A stretch of DNA of 64,000 nt, from positions 2,037 through 66,036 of the IMG/VR virus record IMGVR_UViG_3300018719_000041; one strand, 5' to 3'. This document shows positions 38,269 through 48,860 of this stretch, piece by piece (the stretch's first letter is position 1; each line of letters starts with the position of its first letter). The translations under genes were made by a program, and so were the position numbers. The notes under the pieces were generated by a model. It saw only the letters and a list, made by a program, of their open reading frames with translations, had not been told where the DNA came from and made no database searches. The stretch comes from a virus. Its lineage: Duplodnaviria > Caudoviricetes.

Positions 38269-39162
38269 ATGTCCGACAGCACCCTTTACGACCTCAGCGC
38301 CTTCCCGCCGCCACGGGCGATCGAGGAGCTAGACTTCGAAGCCATCGTGACGGCGATGAAGGCCAATGCCGTCGCCCGGTGCGATGAGGTCGGCATCGAT
38401 ATTCGCGGCATCATCTCCCTCGAAAGCGAGCCGATGCTCAAGCTGATCGAGGTGTTTGCCTATCGCGAGACGCTGATCCGCGCCCGCATCAACGATGCCT
38501 TCCGGGCGAACCTGCTCGCCTATGCCGGAGGGGGCGATCTCGATCATCTGGCCGTCTTCTATGATGTGACACGCCTGCCCGGCGAGACCGATGCGGCGCT
38601 TCGTCGGCGCACCATCCTTGCCATCCAAGGTCGGTCAACCGGCGGCACTGTCCCGCGATACCGCTCCGTGGCGCTGGGTGCCAGCCCCCGCGTGGCGGAT
38701 GCCGTCGTCTATCGTGACGGCACCAGCCCTGTCGTACACGTGGCCGTCTACTCGACCGATGCCGATCGTGTGGCGGACGCGGCCCTACTTTCGGAAGTTG
38801 AGACGGCCCTGAACGCGCCTGGCGTCCGCATGGTCAACGACACCATCGAAGTCCGATCCGCGATCTTCGAGGTCGTTAACATCGAATACGACGTCTGGCT
38901 GCTGCCCGAGACGCCGGACACGATGATCACCCCGCCGGCTCCCAACAGGGATTCGCCCCTCGCGGCGCAGCTGCGCCAGGCCTGGGACGCTGAGACGGGG
39001 CTCGGCTTCGATCTCAATCATGCCTGGATCACGGCGCGTCTCATGCGACCCGGCATTCAGCGCGTCGCGCCGGTTCTTCCTGCAACCGACAAGGTCGCGC
39101 CGCCTGAACGGGCGATCTCGCTCGGCACGATCACGCTGAACAACAAGGGCAGGGCCTACTGA
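38269..39162 (+). CDS. Baseplate J-like protein
   Basis: IEELDFE, ESEP..KL.E..AYRE, DLDHL and ETD..LR.R motifs. Confidence 0.9.
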   Translation: MSDSTLYDLSAFPPPRAIEELDFEAIVTAMKANAVARCDEVGIDIRGIISLESEPMLKLIEVFAYRETLIRARINDAFRANLLAYAGGGDLDHLAVFYDVTRLPGETDAALRRRTILAIQGRSTGGTVPRYRSVALGASPRVADAVVYRDGTSPVVHVAVYSTDADRVADAALLSEVETALNAPGVRMVNDTIEVRSAIFEVVNIEYDVWLLPETPDTMITPPAPNRDSPLAAQLRQAWDAETGLGFDLNHAWITARLMRPGIQRVAPVLPATDKVAPPERAISLGTITLNNKGRAY

Positions 39163-40280
39163 TGGCGCTCGAAGACCTCCTCCCGCGAGAATCTGAAAGG
39201 CTGGAGCGAGGACTATCGCTGGGCAGCGACAGCTACACGACGGTCGGTCCGAACGTCACGGCGATGCGTGGGCTCAAGATCACCAACCCGCCGCCTTCGC
39301 TGCTGCCCTATCTGGTTTATGAATACGGGCTGGGCGAACTGACGCCCTATGTCCGCAATCTCTACGAGCTCATCGACGAAGGCATCGATTGGCAGCGCGT
39401 GCGCGGGACGCCCGCCGCGATTGCGATCGCACTCGACTGGCTGGGCTACGCGGCCGTCATCGAGGAGTTTTCGACAGGGAGACGCCACTGGAACTTCTTC
39501 CAGCTCGGGCTCGACCGCGAACGGGACAGGGAAGGGGACCTGCCCGCCATAGAAGGCGTGGCGACCCTTTCGGTGCCGCTGCGCTCGGTCTTCTGGCGTG
39601 GCTTTCATGGCTACGACATCAGGGCCCTTGAATACGGCAGCGGCCGGTGGGGCTCGAAGCTCTGGGGGGCCTATTCGGGCGTCCGCCTCCCCTTGGGTTC
39701 GGCCAAGTGGTCGTTCGGGCGCCGGTACGACATCGATCACGTCATGACCGAGGCCGAGCTGACGGCACTCGGGGTCTGGCTCGAGCCGATGGGAGAGAGG
39801 CTGACCTGGGGGGCATTCCCGTGGCCGATCGTCCCGTGGGCGGACGCGTCCGTCATCGGACGCTCGGTCGTGATGGTCGAGGCGCTCCTCGGATTGCTTG
39901 GCGGAAAACCTGCCTGGGCGGTTTTCCGCGATGCTGGCGGCGATGTCATCGGATACCGGCGCGCACGGGTTCGACGCACCGTCGCCCTTGCGTCATCAGG
40001 CATCTATCGGGTCGGGGGTACCTCCCTGGTTCTCAAGCCTGAGACGGCCACGATGATCTATGTCGAAGCCATGACCGGATTCGGGGATGGCTTCGGTTCT
40101 GAGGCGGAGAGCGTCGGATTCATTCTCGGGTCCGAGGTTGCGCCGTCCTATCCGCCCGGCGCGCTCTGGCTGCCGCCAGACGGGTTGGTCGATTCCGGCC
40201 CCATCGTGGCCGAGACCCCCATCACTATCGAGTTTGGACGAACGGTGCGCGAGCGCGTCTGCGCTCTGCTGCGGTTCTAG
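39162..40280 (+). CDS. P2 gpI-like tail protein
   Basis: LLP, LPYL.YEYG and RGTP.AI..AL.WLG motifs. Confidence 0.8.
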   Translation: MALEDLLPRESERLERGLSLGSDSYTTVGPNVTAMRGLKITNPPPSLLPYLVYEYGLGELTPYVRNLYELIDEGIDWQRVRGTPAAIAIALDWLGYAAVIEEFSTGRRHWNFFQLGLDRERDREGDLPAIEGVATLSVPLRSVFWRGFHGYDIRALEYGSGRWGSKLWGAYSGVRLPLGSAKWSFGRRYDIDHVMTEAELTALGVWLEPMGERLTWGAFPWPIVPWADASVIGRSVVMVEALLGLLGGKPAWAVFRDAGGDVIGYRRARVRRTVALASSGIYRVGGTSLVLKPETATMIYVEAMTGFGDGFGSEAESVGFILGSEVAPSYPPGALWLPPDGLVDSGPIVAETPITIEFGRTVRERVCALLRF

Positions 40281-40288
40281 GAGATCAT

Positions 40289-43200
40289 ATGGCTCACGAG
40301 CACCCCTCCGGCCTTCCGGCTGCCTACGATCGTTCTGCGGAGAACCCTGAGTGGTCCGAAGTCGTCTTCCGCGAGGACAACATCGCTCAAGGGGCCGAGA
40401 TCAACGAGGTCCAGTCCATCGTCAAGAGGCGCAACCGGCGCGTCGGCAATCTCATTGCCAAGGATGGCGACCGTATCAGCGGCGCCGACATCGTGGTCGA
40501 TGTCGACGCGGGCACGGTGAATGTCGCCGCCGGCAGGATATACGTCGCGGGGGACGTTCGCGAGATCGCGGCCGCATCCTTCACCGACGTCCCGATGACC
40601 GGCGAAGTCACCGTCGGCGTTCGCCTCGTCTCGACCGTCATCACCGAAGCCGAGGACCCTTCGCTCTTGGGCGTCCACCCGGGCTCCGAGTCCGAGGGCG
40701 AGCCTGGAGCTGCCCGCGTGACGGAGCAGATCGTCTGGGCCCTGCCGGATGATGGTGGTGACGGTGCATTCTTCGCCGTCTATCTCATCAAGGATGGTGC
40801 GGCTCTCGACCAGATGCCTCCGCCTGCCTTGTCGGGCGTCATTTCCCAGATCGCACTCTACGACCGTGACGCCAACGGCAATTACATCGTGGATGGCTGT
40901 GAGGTCGTCGCACTGGGCAAGACAGGCTCCAGCCAGGTTTTCAGCATTGGTGCGGGCACGGCGAACATCCAGGGCTTCAAACGCATCCGTGAGGCCAGCA
41001 TACGCCACGCCGAGCCGGAAACGCCGGATCTCGATGCCATTGCGGCGGAACCGCACACGTTCACCGGCCCGACGGGTGGCTCAAGCGTCGTCACGGTCTC
41101 GCGGCCGCCGGTTGCAGCCGTCTCGTCGGCCATCGTCGTGAAACGCATCACCGAAGTCGTGACGAGGGGACCGATCCCCGGCGGCAGCGACGATCTGCAG
41201 TTCTCGTCCGTCGTGGAGATCGAGAGCGTCGTCCAAGGCATGACCACCTTCCCGCCGTCGTCCTATGCGCTGGCGGGCGATGCGGTGTCCTGGGCTCCGG
41301 CCGGATCGGAGCCGGCGGCGAGCTCAACCTATTCGGTGACCTATCTCTACAATGCAGCCGTGGTGCCCGACGCCGTCACCGATACGACCGTGACGGTTTC
41401 CGGCGGCGTCAATGGCAGGCCCGTTCTCCTGTCCTACACGTCGAAGCTGCCGCGCATCGATCTTCTGTGCATGGATATCATGGGCAGGCCTGTCTACGTG
41501 AAAGGCATCAGCGCCCGAAATGGCGCGTTGGCCCCGATCCCGCCATCCAACCTGCTCAAACTCGCCGAGGTCAGGAATACCTGGCTGGGCACCCCGGAGG
41601 TGAACAGCAATGGGACGCGCAACTACACCTACGACGAGCAGCGCCGCCTCTTCAACCGTCTGATCACGATGCTCGATCAGTTCGATCGGTCCGAAGCCGA
41701 GCGTGACATTCTTGCGCGCGAGCCGGTCAGCAAGAGTGGTATTTTCACCGACACCTTCGTCGACGATTTCTACCGCGACCAGGGCGAGCCGCAGACTGCG
41801 GCCGTCAACCAGGGTGTCCTGCAGCTCGCGGTCGACGACGTGCTCATGCAGCTTGTGGGCACGTCGGTTCTGACCTTGAACTACACGGAGGAGGTGGTTG
41901 TCAGCCAGGACAAGCGCACCTCGTCCATGAAGATCAATCCTTACGACAACTTCACGGTGATGCCGGCGGGGCTCACCTTGTCTCCGGCGGTCGACTTCTG
42001 GACCGAAGAGCAGACGGAATGGACCTCGCCGGTCACCCGGCAGTTCACGGCCGCCCCCGGTCAGCCGCCGGGGCGGTCCGTCCTGAACGAGGTGACGCAG
42101 ATCCGCCGCGTCAATGCGGTCAACCTGCGTCAGATCCAGGTCTCGCTGCTGATCGAGGGGTTCGGCGTCGGCGAGGAACTGGAGACGCTCACCTTCGACG
42201 GAGTGAACATCAAGCCGCCTGGAACGCAGGTTGCGGATGGCGACGGAGAAATTTCACTCACCTTCACCGTTCCGGCGAATGTGCCCGTCGGACGACGCCG
42301 TGTACTGGCAGAGGGAGCCGCGGGCAGCTTTGCCGAGGCGATCTATGTCGGTGAGGGCACCATCGACATCACGACCATGCGCCGCGTCACCCTGGTGGCC
42401 CGCGCAGCACCGTCCGCCAAGCCGCCTACAGTCGTCACGAACGTCATCCAGAACGTGACGGTCATCAACCAGATGACGAACCCGGTGGTCGAACGGAGCT
42501 CGCGCCTGGCAGGTGATAGCAATAGCGCAGCCGATCCAGGCCCAGACCCCCTCGCCCAGACGTTCACGCTGCCGGAACCTCGGCACATTGTCGGCGTGAA
42601 CTTCCGGTTCACCGCCATCGGTGACCGGTCCAAGGGCGTTCGCGTGCAACTCGCCCGGGTCCAGAACGGCTATCCCTCGAACGAGGTGCTGGCCGAGGCC
42701 TTCATCAACATGCAGACCCAGAACGTCGGCGATCTCGTCCAGGCGCGGTTCAGGGCCCCCGTGTTCTGCCCATCGGACCGGGAATTCTGCTTCGTGATCC
42801 TGACGGCCGACGACACCCATAAGGTCGCAATCTCGCAGCTGGGCGATGTCGATGTCGTGACGCAGACTAGGGTATCCTCCCAGCCCTATACGGTTGGCGT
42901 ACTGTTCTCGTCCTCGAACCGGGTGACCTGGACACCTCACCAGGACGCGGATCTTCACTTCGAGGTGGTCGCCGCGAAATTCGCGCCGGCCACTCGCGTG
43001 GTGAATCTCTGGACGGGCGCCTTCGACACCATCAGCGATATCCTGGTGCGCGGGGCGGTGGAAATCCCCACGGACGCGGCGCGGTTCCGGTATGAACTCG
43101 TCCGCGCGACGGGGCAGGTCATCCCGCTCGCTCCGGGGCAGACTTGGGAATTCGCCGAGTATGTGAGCGAGGAAGTCACCCTCCGGGCGGTTCTCGAAGG

Positions 43201-43555
43201 ATCCGACACGATCTCGCCTGTCCTTTATCCCGGCACGCTTCTCATCGGCGGACGGATCCGCACGAGTGGGGATTACGTGACACGTCTGTTCCCAATGGGC
43301 AGCGCAGTGAAGGTCGCGGCCTTGTTCGCGGCCTTCCAGCCGGCGGGATCAACCATCACGGTCGAGTGCGATGCCGGCGACGATGACTGGACAGCCCTCT
43401 CGGCGGTCGGCTCCGATTTCCTCGGAGGAGGCTGGTCCGAGCCGAAATACGAGAAGGCTTCCTTCACCGCCGCTCAGGGGCGCATCCGGATCACCATGAC
43501 CGGCGGCCCGGGCTCCCGCATCTCCGTCGCAAGGCTTCGCGCCTATTCAGTGTAA
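40289..43555 (+). CDS. Large baseplate/tail protein (DUF4815-like)
   Basis: Q.AEINE.Q, YDRDANGNYIVDG, INPY and DPLAQTF motifs. Confidence 0.78.
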   Translation: MAHEHPSGLPAAYDRSAENPEWSEVVFREDNIAQGAEINEVQSIVKRRNRRVGNLIAKDGDRISGADIVVDVDAGTVNVAAGRIYVAGDVREIAAASFTDVPMTGEVTVGVRLVSTVITEAEDPSLLGVHPGSESEGEPGAARVTEQIVWALPDDGGDGAFFAVYLIKDGAALDQMPPPALSGVISQIALYDRDANGNYIVDGCEVVALGKTGSSQVFSIGAGTANIQGFKRIREASIRHAEPETPDLDAIAAEPHTFTGPTGGSSVVTVSRPPVAAVSSAIVVKRITEVVTRGPIPGGSDDLQFSSVVEIESVVQGMTTFPPSSYALAGDAVSWAPAGSEPAASSTYSVTYLYNAAVVPDAVTDTTVTVSGGVNGRPVLLSYTSKLPRIDLLCMDIMGRPVYVKGISARNGALAPIPPSNLLKLAEVRNTWLGTPEVNSNGTRNYTYDEQRRLFNRLITMLDQFDRSEAERDILAREPVSKSGIFTDTFVDDFYRDQGEPQTAAVNQGVLQLAVDDVLMQLVGTSVLTLNYTEEVVVSQDKRTSSMKINPYDNFTVMPAGLTLSPAVDFWTEEQTEWTSPVTRQFTAAPGQPPGRSVLNEVTQIRRVNAVNLRQIQVSLLIEGFGVGEELETLTFDGVNIKPPGTQVADGDGEISLTFTVPANVPVGRRRVLAEGAAGSFAEAIYVGEGTIDITTMRRVTLVARAAPSAKPPTVVTNVIQNVTVINQMTNPVVERSSRLAGDSNSAADPGPDPLAQTFTLPEPRHIVGVNFRFTAIGDRSKGVRVQLARVQNGYPSNEVLAEAFINMQTQNVGDLVQARFRAPVFCPSDREFCFVILTADDTHKVAISQLGDVDVVTQTRVSSQPYTVGVLFSSSNRVTWTPHQDADLHFEVVAAKFAPATRVVNLWTGAFDTISDILVRGAVEIPTDAARFRYELVRATGQVIPLAPGQTWEFAEYVSEEVTLRAVLEGSDTISPVLYPGTLLIGGRIRTSGDYVTRLFPMGSAVKVAALFAAFQPAGSTITVECDAGDDDWTALSAVGSDFLGGGWSEPKYEKASFTAAQGRIRITMTGGPGSRISVARLRAYSV

Positions 43556-43565
43556 GGACACGTCA

Positions 43566-45008
43566 ATGGCGGTCATCGACAACAGGACGAGCAATCGCGA
43601 TTATGCTCTTCCTCATCCTGACAATGACTTGAGCGACGATGTGCTTCGCCTCATAGCGGCCTTGGAGGGGATCGACACTGATGTGTTCGAGATCTTCACG
43701 TCTCTGACCGGCAAATCGAATCTGGGTCATGGGCACCCGATAGAGCAGATCGTCGGGTTGACCGCGGCTCTGAACTCTAAATCCGGGATCAATCACACCC
43801 ATCTCTTCGACGATCTTGTCGGGGTGAGCGTGGCGACCGCCGCGAGCGGACAGTTTCTCAAGTTCGTAGGATCGACATGGCAGCCCGCGACCATTGCGAT
43901 GGGCGATGTCGCGGGCCTGTCCGCCGCGCTTGGCGGGAAAGCCGACCTTCAAGGGACCTCGGTTCTCATTCCGGCAGGTACGACGGCACAGCGGCCGTCA
44001 ACGCCATCGGGGATCAGCCTTCGTTGGAACACCACCCTGACGCTGTTCGAATACTGGACCGGCTCAGCGTGGACACCCCTTGCCGTCGCTGACGTTCTGT
44101 CCAGGTCGCAGAACTTGGCGGACATCCTTGACAGTGAGGTGGCCATCGCAAATCTCGGGGCGGCCAAAGCAGATCTGTCGAACACCATCGGTCCGCGCGG
44201 GAGGCATGCCCACGCATTCACCGGAGATCTCAATACACTCCTGGAAAACGGGACCTGGCTCGTCAGCAACACCAGCACCAACCGCCCGCCGGGCACGTCC
44301 ACAGCCTTGCTGGTCCGGGTCGAGTACGGGACCATCGCCTCGAACTCCGCGACGCAATACGCCCGCGAGTATTCGGCGGACAGCTCGTCCGACAGCAAAC
44401 TCTGGAAGCGCGAGCGGAACAGCGGCACATGGGGCTCCTGGTACCGTGTCCGCGAGAACGAGGCCGACCTGGATACTCGCTATGGCCGCTTCTTCGAGAA
44501 GCTCGCCTCATACACGATCAACAACAATACCGATGTCCAGATCACGTCGGTCTTCGATAGCTCTTACGCCAGGTTCCTCATTCTTCTCAATGACATCGAT
44601 TTCAACGGTGAAACGGGATATATCGGCGTCCAGGTAGGGTTTGGATCACCTGTCACGTATCTGACATCCGGGTATTCATATCTCAACGATGTCGTCGGAG
44701 GTTCGGTCGAGGGCAGTACGGCCGGCGCACCCTCAATGCCATTGATCGGCACAGCTACGAACTTCATGGCGCACGGGGACATCTCGGGAGAGATCTGGTG
44801 TGAGCGCGTGAAAGCACCGAACTCGGGGGCAATGACGTTGAGCTGGAGCATGGCTTATGGGCGCTCGACATCGGGAGGTCCTGCTCAAGGGCGCGTATCC
44901 GGCATGGGAAGACTACCCATGGGCGCGAACATCTTCAGCGGATTGAAGCTATTGAGCAGCTTGCCGACGATCTTTCGGGGCGAGGTTTGCGTCTATGGAG
45001 TGAAATGA
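43566..45008 (+). CDS. Tail fiber protein (pyocin-knob-like segment)
   Basis: DDVLRL..AL..ID, H.H repeats, GTTAQRP and DLNTL...G.W...WGSW motifs. Confidence 0.8.
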   Translation: MAVIDNRTSNRDYALPHPDNDLSDDVLRLIAALEGIDTDVFEIFTSLTGKSNLGHGHPIEQIVGLTAALNSKSGINHTHLFDDLVGVSVATAASGQFLKFVGSTWQPATIAMGDVAGLSAALGGKADLQGTSVLIPAGTTAQRPSTPSGISLRWNTTLTLFEYWTGSAWTPLAVADVLSRSQNLADILDSEVAIANLGAAKADLSNTIGPRGRHAHAFTGDLNTLLENGTWLVSNTSTNRPPGTSTALLVRVEYGTIASNSATQYAREYSADSSSDSKLWKRERNSGTWGSWYRVRENEADLDTRYGRFFEKLASYTINNNTDVQITSVFDSSYARFLILLNDIDFNGETGYIGVQVGFGSPVTYLTSGYSYLNDVVGGSVEGSTAGAPSMPLIGTATNFMAHGDISGEIWCERVKAPNSGAMTLSWSMAYGRSTSGGPAQGRVSGMGRLPMGANIFSGLKLLSSLPTIFRGEVCVYGVK

Positions 45009-45403
45009 TGCCGTACTTCCGCTTGGTCGATGGGGTGGAGGTCGAGGTCTCCGAAGGTGAGGCTTTGGCTCAGGCAAATGCACTCATTGCCATGGCCAGT
45101 TTACCGTCACTATCCGCACGGCAGTTCTTCCATGGACTCTGGAAATATGGCCTCATCAGTTATGAAGAGGTCAGATCGGCCGTCAAGAATGGCGACATTC
45201 CCGCGGCAATGATGGTTCTGATCCAGAGCCCGGAATTCGCAGCGCAACTCCCCGATACCCTGACGGTCGAAGATGTCATCGTTCTCGTCGAGGGTGCGCA
45301 GACCTATGAGTTCACCCATCCTGTGACCGTTGCCATCGGTGGGCTCTATTGGGAGGATCCTGAACAGTTCCGGGCATTCTGGAACTTCTGCGCGACACTT
45401 TGA
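45005..45403 (+). CDS. Tail fiber assembly-like protein
   Basis: LSARQF...HP...FW...ATL; follows the fiber gene. Confidence 0.65.
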   Translation: MMPYFRLVDGVEVEVSEGEALAQANALIAMASLPSLSARQFFHGLWKYGLISYEEVRSAVKNGDIPAAMMVLIQSPEFAAQLPDTLTVEDVIVLVEGAQTYEFTHPVTVAIGGLYWEDPEQFRAFWNFCATL

Positions 45404-45450
45404 TATCGACCCGCGTCGCTCACCGCGATCCGCCCCCATCCTCCCCAACA

Positions 45451-45478
45451 AGCCGCCGCTCAGGGCGGCTTTTCTTTT
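45451..45478 (+). terminator. Intrinsic terminator
   Basis: AGCCGCC-GCTCAG-GGCGGCT followed by TTTCTTT. Confidence 0.65.
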
Positions 45479-45493
45479 GCAAGGAGCACAGAG

Positions 45494-47362
45494 ATGACCG
45501 AGCCGACCTTCGGCATGACTTTCCTGAGAGACGGCACGGAAGTAATGCCGACGCCGCCCAGCGACATGAGCATCATCGGTATGGTGTTGCCGTCCGACGA
45601 TGCCGACTCGTCCGCGTTCCCCCTGAACGTGGCGGTCGACTTCAACTCGACGGACCTGAACTATCTGAGCAAGATCGGCACGGGCCCCGCCTATCGGGAA
45701 CTGCTGAAGCTCAACTCCCAGCTCGCTCCCCTGCAGGTCGGAGCGCGGGTGATCTTCGTCCGCGTGGCCGAAGGCTCGACCATCGACGAGACCATCGCCA
45801 ACATCGTCGGCAATCCCTCGGCGGGCGCCGGCTGGTACGCCATGCTCCAGGCAGGGCAGCGCCTCGGTGCGATCCCGCGGCTTCTCGCGTCGCCTGGCTT
45901 CACCGGCCACTTCACCCGCACGGCTGGCGCGACCACCGTCACCAGCGCCGCCAAGAGCGGAGGCAATACGGGCAATGGCACACTCACCCTCGCGAGCGCG
46001 CCAGCCTACGGCGCTGATGTCAGGGCCGGTATCTATCAGGTCCGCTGCAAGGGCGGCACTTTCTCGGCCGCGGCTGCTGCGGCTGCAGGCAATTCCGGCA
46101 ACGGGGCGATCTCAGGCGTCGGTGCCGGAGTCGGCGCGACGGCGGGCGTCTACAAGGTCACCTGCCTTGCAACGGCGACCAACGGTGGATCCTTCGTGGT
46201 CGAAAACCCGCCTGGGACCGCCGTCGGCATCGCTACGGTCGGGACGCCCTATGCTGGACCGGTGACGTTCACCATTGCGGACGGCAGCGGCGACTTCGAG
46301 GTTGGGGACACGTTCGAGATCACGGTCGCGCCCGCCGTGCCCGCCAATGGTGGCGTGTTCTCTGTGGTTGCACCGGACGGCACGGCTCTCGGCGACGCCA
46401 CGGTCGGGACGCCTTACGACAGCAATCACATCAAGTTCTCGATCGCGGACGGCTCGACCGATTTCGCGGTCGGCGACGGCTTCGACGTGACCGTCAGCGT
46501 GACCGGCGGGGTTGCGACAGCCAACCCGGTTTGCGCGATCTTGCCGTCCATCTGCAACGCGCTCCTCGCGAAGGCTTTCGTGGGCGGTCCCCGCACCACG
46601 AAGCGGGACGCCATCGACTGGCGCGAGACGATGAACAGCGAGACGCTGATCCCAGTCGATGCGCCCGTGATCGTGGCTGGCACCGATGGCTCGGGCAATC
46701 CGATCCAGATCGAGGAAGACGGCGTGATGCTGGCCATCGGTCAGCAGATCGCCGCCGACTTCGAGAACGGAGGCATTCCTATGCAGGCTCCGGCCAACCG
46801 GCCGGTGCAGGGGATCCTCGGCCTCGGCCGATACGATTCCTTCTCGCTGACGGATGGCGCCACGGACGGACAGATCCTGCTCGCCAACCAGGTCGGCATC
46901 ATCCAGCGCGGCGAGTTGGGCGTGGAAACCGCGGTCTCCGATTCCGGCTTCGTGGTGATCTGCACCGACACCGCATCGGACGATCCGAACTGGCGCATGA
47001 TCAATGTCTGCCGCCTGCGCGACTACGAGCATCTGATGCTGCTCCGGGCAACCCGTCGACGGCTCGGCCGGACGAATATCACCAGGCACGGGGTCCAGGC
47101 TGTCCTCAACGATCATATCGCGCTTCTGTCGGACCTCGAGCAGAAAGGCGCCATCCTTCCTGGCTGGAAGGTCGGCTTCGAGCAGGACAAGAACAATCCT
47201 GAGAACCTGCGCCTGGGCCGGATCCGCACGTTCTACGCCGCGGAGGAGCCACCGACCCTCAAGCATGTCTCGATCGACAGCCGTCGGAACCGCGAGTCCC
47301 TGAACATCCTGATCGAGGATCTCGTCGCACAGACCAATCAGCTGTTCGGCGTAGCTACCTGA
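45494..47362 (+). CDS. Tail sheath protein with inserted repeat domains
   Basis: PRLLASPGFT, PANRPV.GI, W....V.R.RD and NLRLGRI motifs. Confidence 0.88.
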   Translation: MTEPTFGMTFLRDGTEVMPTPPSDMSIIGMVLPSDDADSSAFPLNVAVDFNSTDLNYLSKIGTGPAYRELLKLNSQLAPLQVGARVIFVRVAEGSTIDETIANIVGNPSAGAGWYAMLQAGQRLGAIPRLLASPGFTGHFTRTAGATTVTSAAKSGGNTGNGTLTLASAPAYGADVRAGIYQVRCKGGTFSAAAAAAAGNSGNGAISGVGAGVGATAGVYKVTCLATATNGGSFVVENPPGTAVGIATVGTPYAGPVTFTIADGSGDFEVGDTFEITVAPAVPANGGVFSVVAPDGTALGDATVGTPYDSNHIKFSIADGSTDFAVGDGFDVTVSVTGGVATANPVCAILPSICNALLAKAFVGGPRTTKRDAIDWRETMNSETLIPVDAPVIVAGTDGSGNPIQIEEDGVMLAIGQQIAADFENGGIPMQAPANRPVQGILGLGRYDSFSLTDGATDGQILLANQVGIIQRGELGVETAVSDSGFVVICTDTASDDPNWRMINVCRLRDYEHLMLLRATRRRLGRTNITRHGVQAVLNDHIALLSDLEQKGAILPGWKVGFEQDKNNPENLRLGRIRTFYAAEEPPTLKHVSIDSRRNRESLNILIEDLVAQTNQLFGVAT

Positions 47363-47446
47363 TCCGGCCTGCGACAATCCCGCTCCAGTGCATGACGCTG
47401 GAGCGGGCCTCGCCCTTACCGTTATCAATTCTGGAGTGATCCGACT

Positions 47447-47977
47447 ATGCCTCTACTCATCCAAGAGGGCGCGAACCTGTACGTTGGCGACGACACGCCA
47501 AACGCCAACAAGCGCAATAATCTCGCCTCGATCAAACTACCGATGCTGGAGGAGATCACGGCCGACCATCATGCCGGCGGCGCCATCGGCGCCATCAAGG
47601 TCGGCGGCCTCGGCCTCTCGGCCCTTGAAGCGACCTTCAAACAGGTCGGCTGGGATCCGCAAACCCTGAGCCAGTTCGGTCTCGGGCAGCGCGGCCGCCA
47701 GCCTTATACCTGCTACGGCCTCATCCGCGACAAGAGCATCAGCAACCGCGCGATCGAGGTCAAGGCGATCATGTGGGCTCGCCTCACGAAGATCGAGCCT
47801 GACGAATTCCAGCGAGGGGACGCTCTCCTTGGGCACGATCACACGCTCAGCGAGATCCTGCGCTATGCCGTGTGGTTCGATGGCGAGGAGAAATATTACT
47901 ATGATTGGGAGGCCGGCACGTGGCGCGTGGACGGCATCGACCAGAACGCGGATGAACGAGACATCCTGCGATACTGA
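47447..47977 (+). CDS. Tail tube protein (P2 FII-like)
   Basis: IKLP.L..IT..H..GG and VDGIDQ motifs; follows the sheath gene. Confidence 0.85.
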   Translation: MPLLIQEGANLYVGDDTPNANKRNNLASIKLPMLEEITADHHAGGAIGAIKVGGLGLSALEATFKQVGWDPQTLSQFGLGQRGRQPYTCYGLIRDKSISNRAIEVKAIMWARLTKIEPDEFQRGDALLGHDHTLSEILRYAVWFDGEEKYYYDWEAGTWRVDGIDQNADERDILRY

Positions 47978-47998
47978 ACTCAGCGGGGCCGCCGAGCG

Positions 47999-48340
47999 TC
48001 AGGCCTCGGCGGATTCCGTCGTTTCGAGGGGGCGACCTTGAAGCGCTTGGAGTTCGGATATGACCTGATCGCGGTGCTGATGAATATGCGGATCCTCGAG
48101 TTCCAGGTTCAGAAGTATCCAGCCCATCACCACAATGTTGAGGAAAATGCCGACACAGGCCTTGGCCGCAAGTTGGGTCCACACCGCGCCGAGATATGCC
48201 GCCTCGGCGATGTTGTAGGAACTGCGTGTTGCTCCTCTCACATCAGAAAGGTCGATGCCAAGAATGATGGCACCAACGACGTTCGCGACCAGGAGTAATA
48301 TGACGAGGATAGCGCCGAAAGTGTTGACCCTTACTGCCAT
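47999..48340 (-). CDS. Antisense moron, two-TM membrane protein
   Basis: Two hydrophobic helices; GGAGAG RBS; inserted in the tail operon. Confidence 0.7.
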   Translation of the reverse strand: MAVRVNTFGAILVILLLVANVVGAIILGIDLSDVRGATRSSYNIAEAAYLGAVWTQLAAKACVGIFLNIVVMGWILLNLELEDPHIHQHRDQVISELQALQGRPLETTESAEA

Positions 48341-48452
48341 TTGACTCTCCGTCCTGAAATCACGTCACTGAACGTGATAACCTATCATGAGTCAATCCCC
48401 AGCTGGTTCGGCAGTCGTAAACCTAAAATCCTTCGAGAAAAGGATCACCAAC

Positions 48453-48860
48453 ATGCTTGATGATGACCCCACGCCCATGTCCGCAGCATCGCCGCCGGTG
48501 GTACGCTTCGAATCCCAGGAAGGACGCGCCCGCGAGCAGACCGTTCCCCTTGAATGGCCATTCTTCTACGGCGAGCGTCGTGTCGATGCCATCGTTGTTC
48601 GTCGGATGACCACTGCCCAAGTCGAAGCCTATGTCGAGACTCTCAAGGAGGCTGAGGAGAAGATCTCGCCGCCGATGCTGTTCTTTCCTGACGGCGTGCC
48701 CGTGCCGAGCGAGGTCCTCGACGCGATGGACAGTGATGACGAAACGACATTGTGCGAGGCTATTACCCGTTTTTTGCCCCGCCGCTTGCGACCGGTCAGC
48801 GCGCCAACCCCACCCTCTGGCGTGGATACGGCCTCTCAGTCGCAAGCCACCTCAATCTGA
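48453..48860 (+). CDS. Tail assembly chaperone (gpE-like)
   Basis: VPLEWP, VRRMT, LD.MD.DD and FLP motifs; RBS AAAGGA. Confidence 0.82.
   Translation: MLDDDPTPMSAASPPVVRFESQEGRAREQTVPLEWPFFYGERRVDAIVVRRMTTAQVEAYVETLKEAEEKISPPMLFFPDGVPVPSEVLDAMDSDDETTLCEAITRFLPRRLRPVSAPTPPSGVDTASQSQATSI

Noticed and set aside
46112-47428. 438-aa minus-strand ORF (similar cases at 28720-29760, 11729-12829, 18392-19414)
   Set aside because: Opposite-strand shadows of well-supported genes, expected in high-GC DNA
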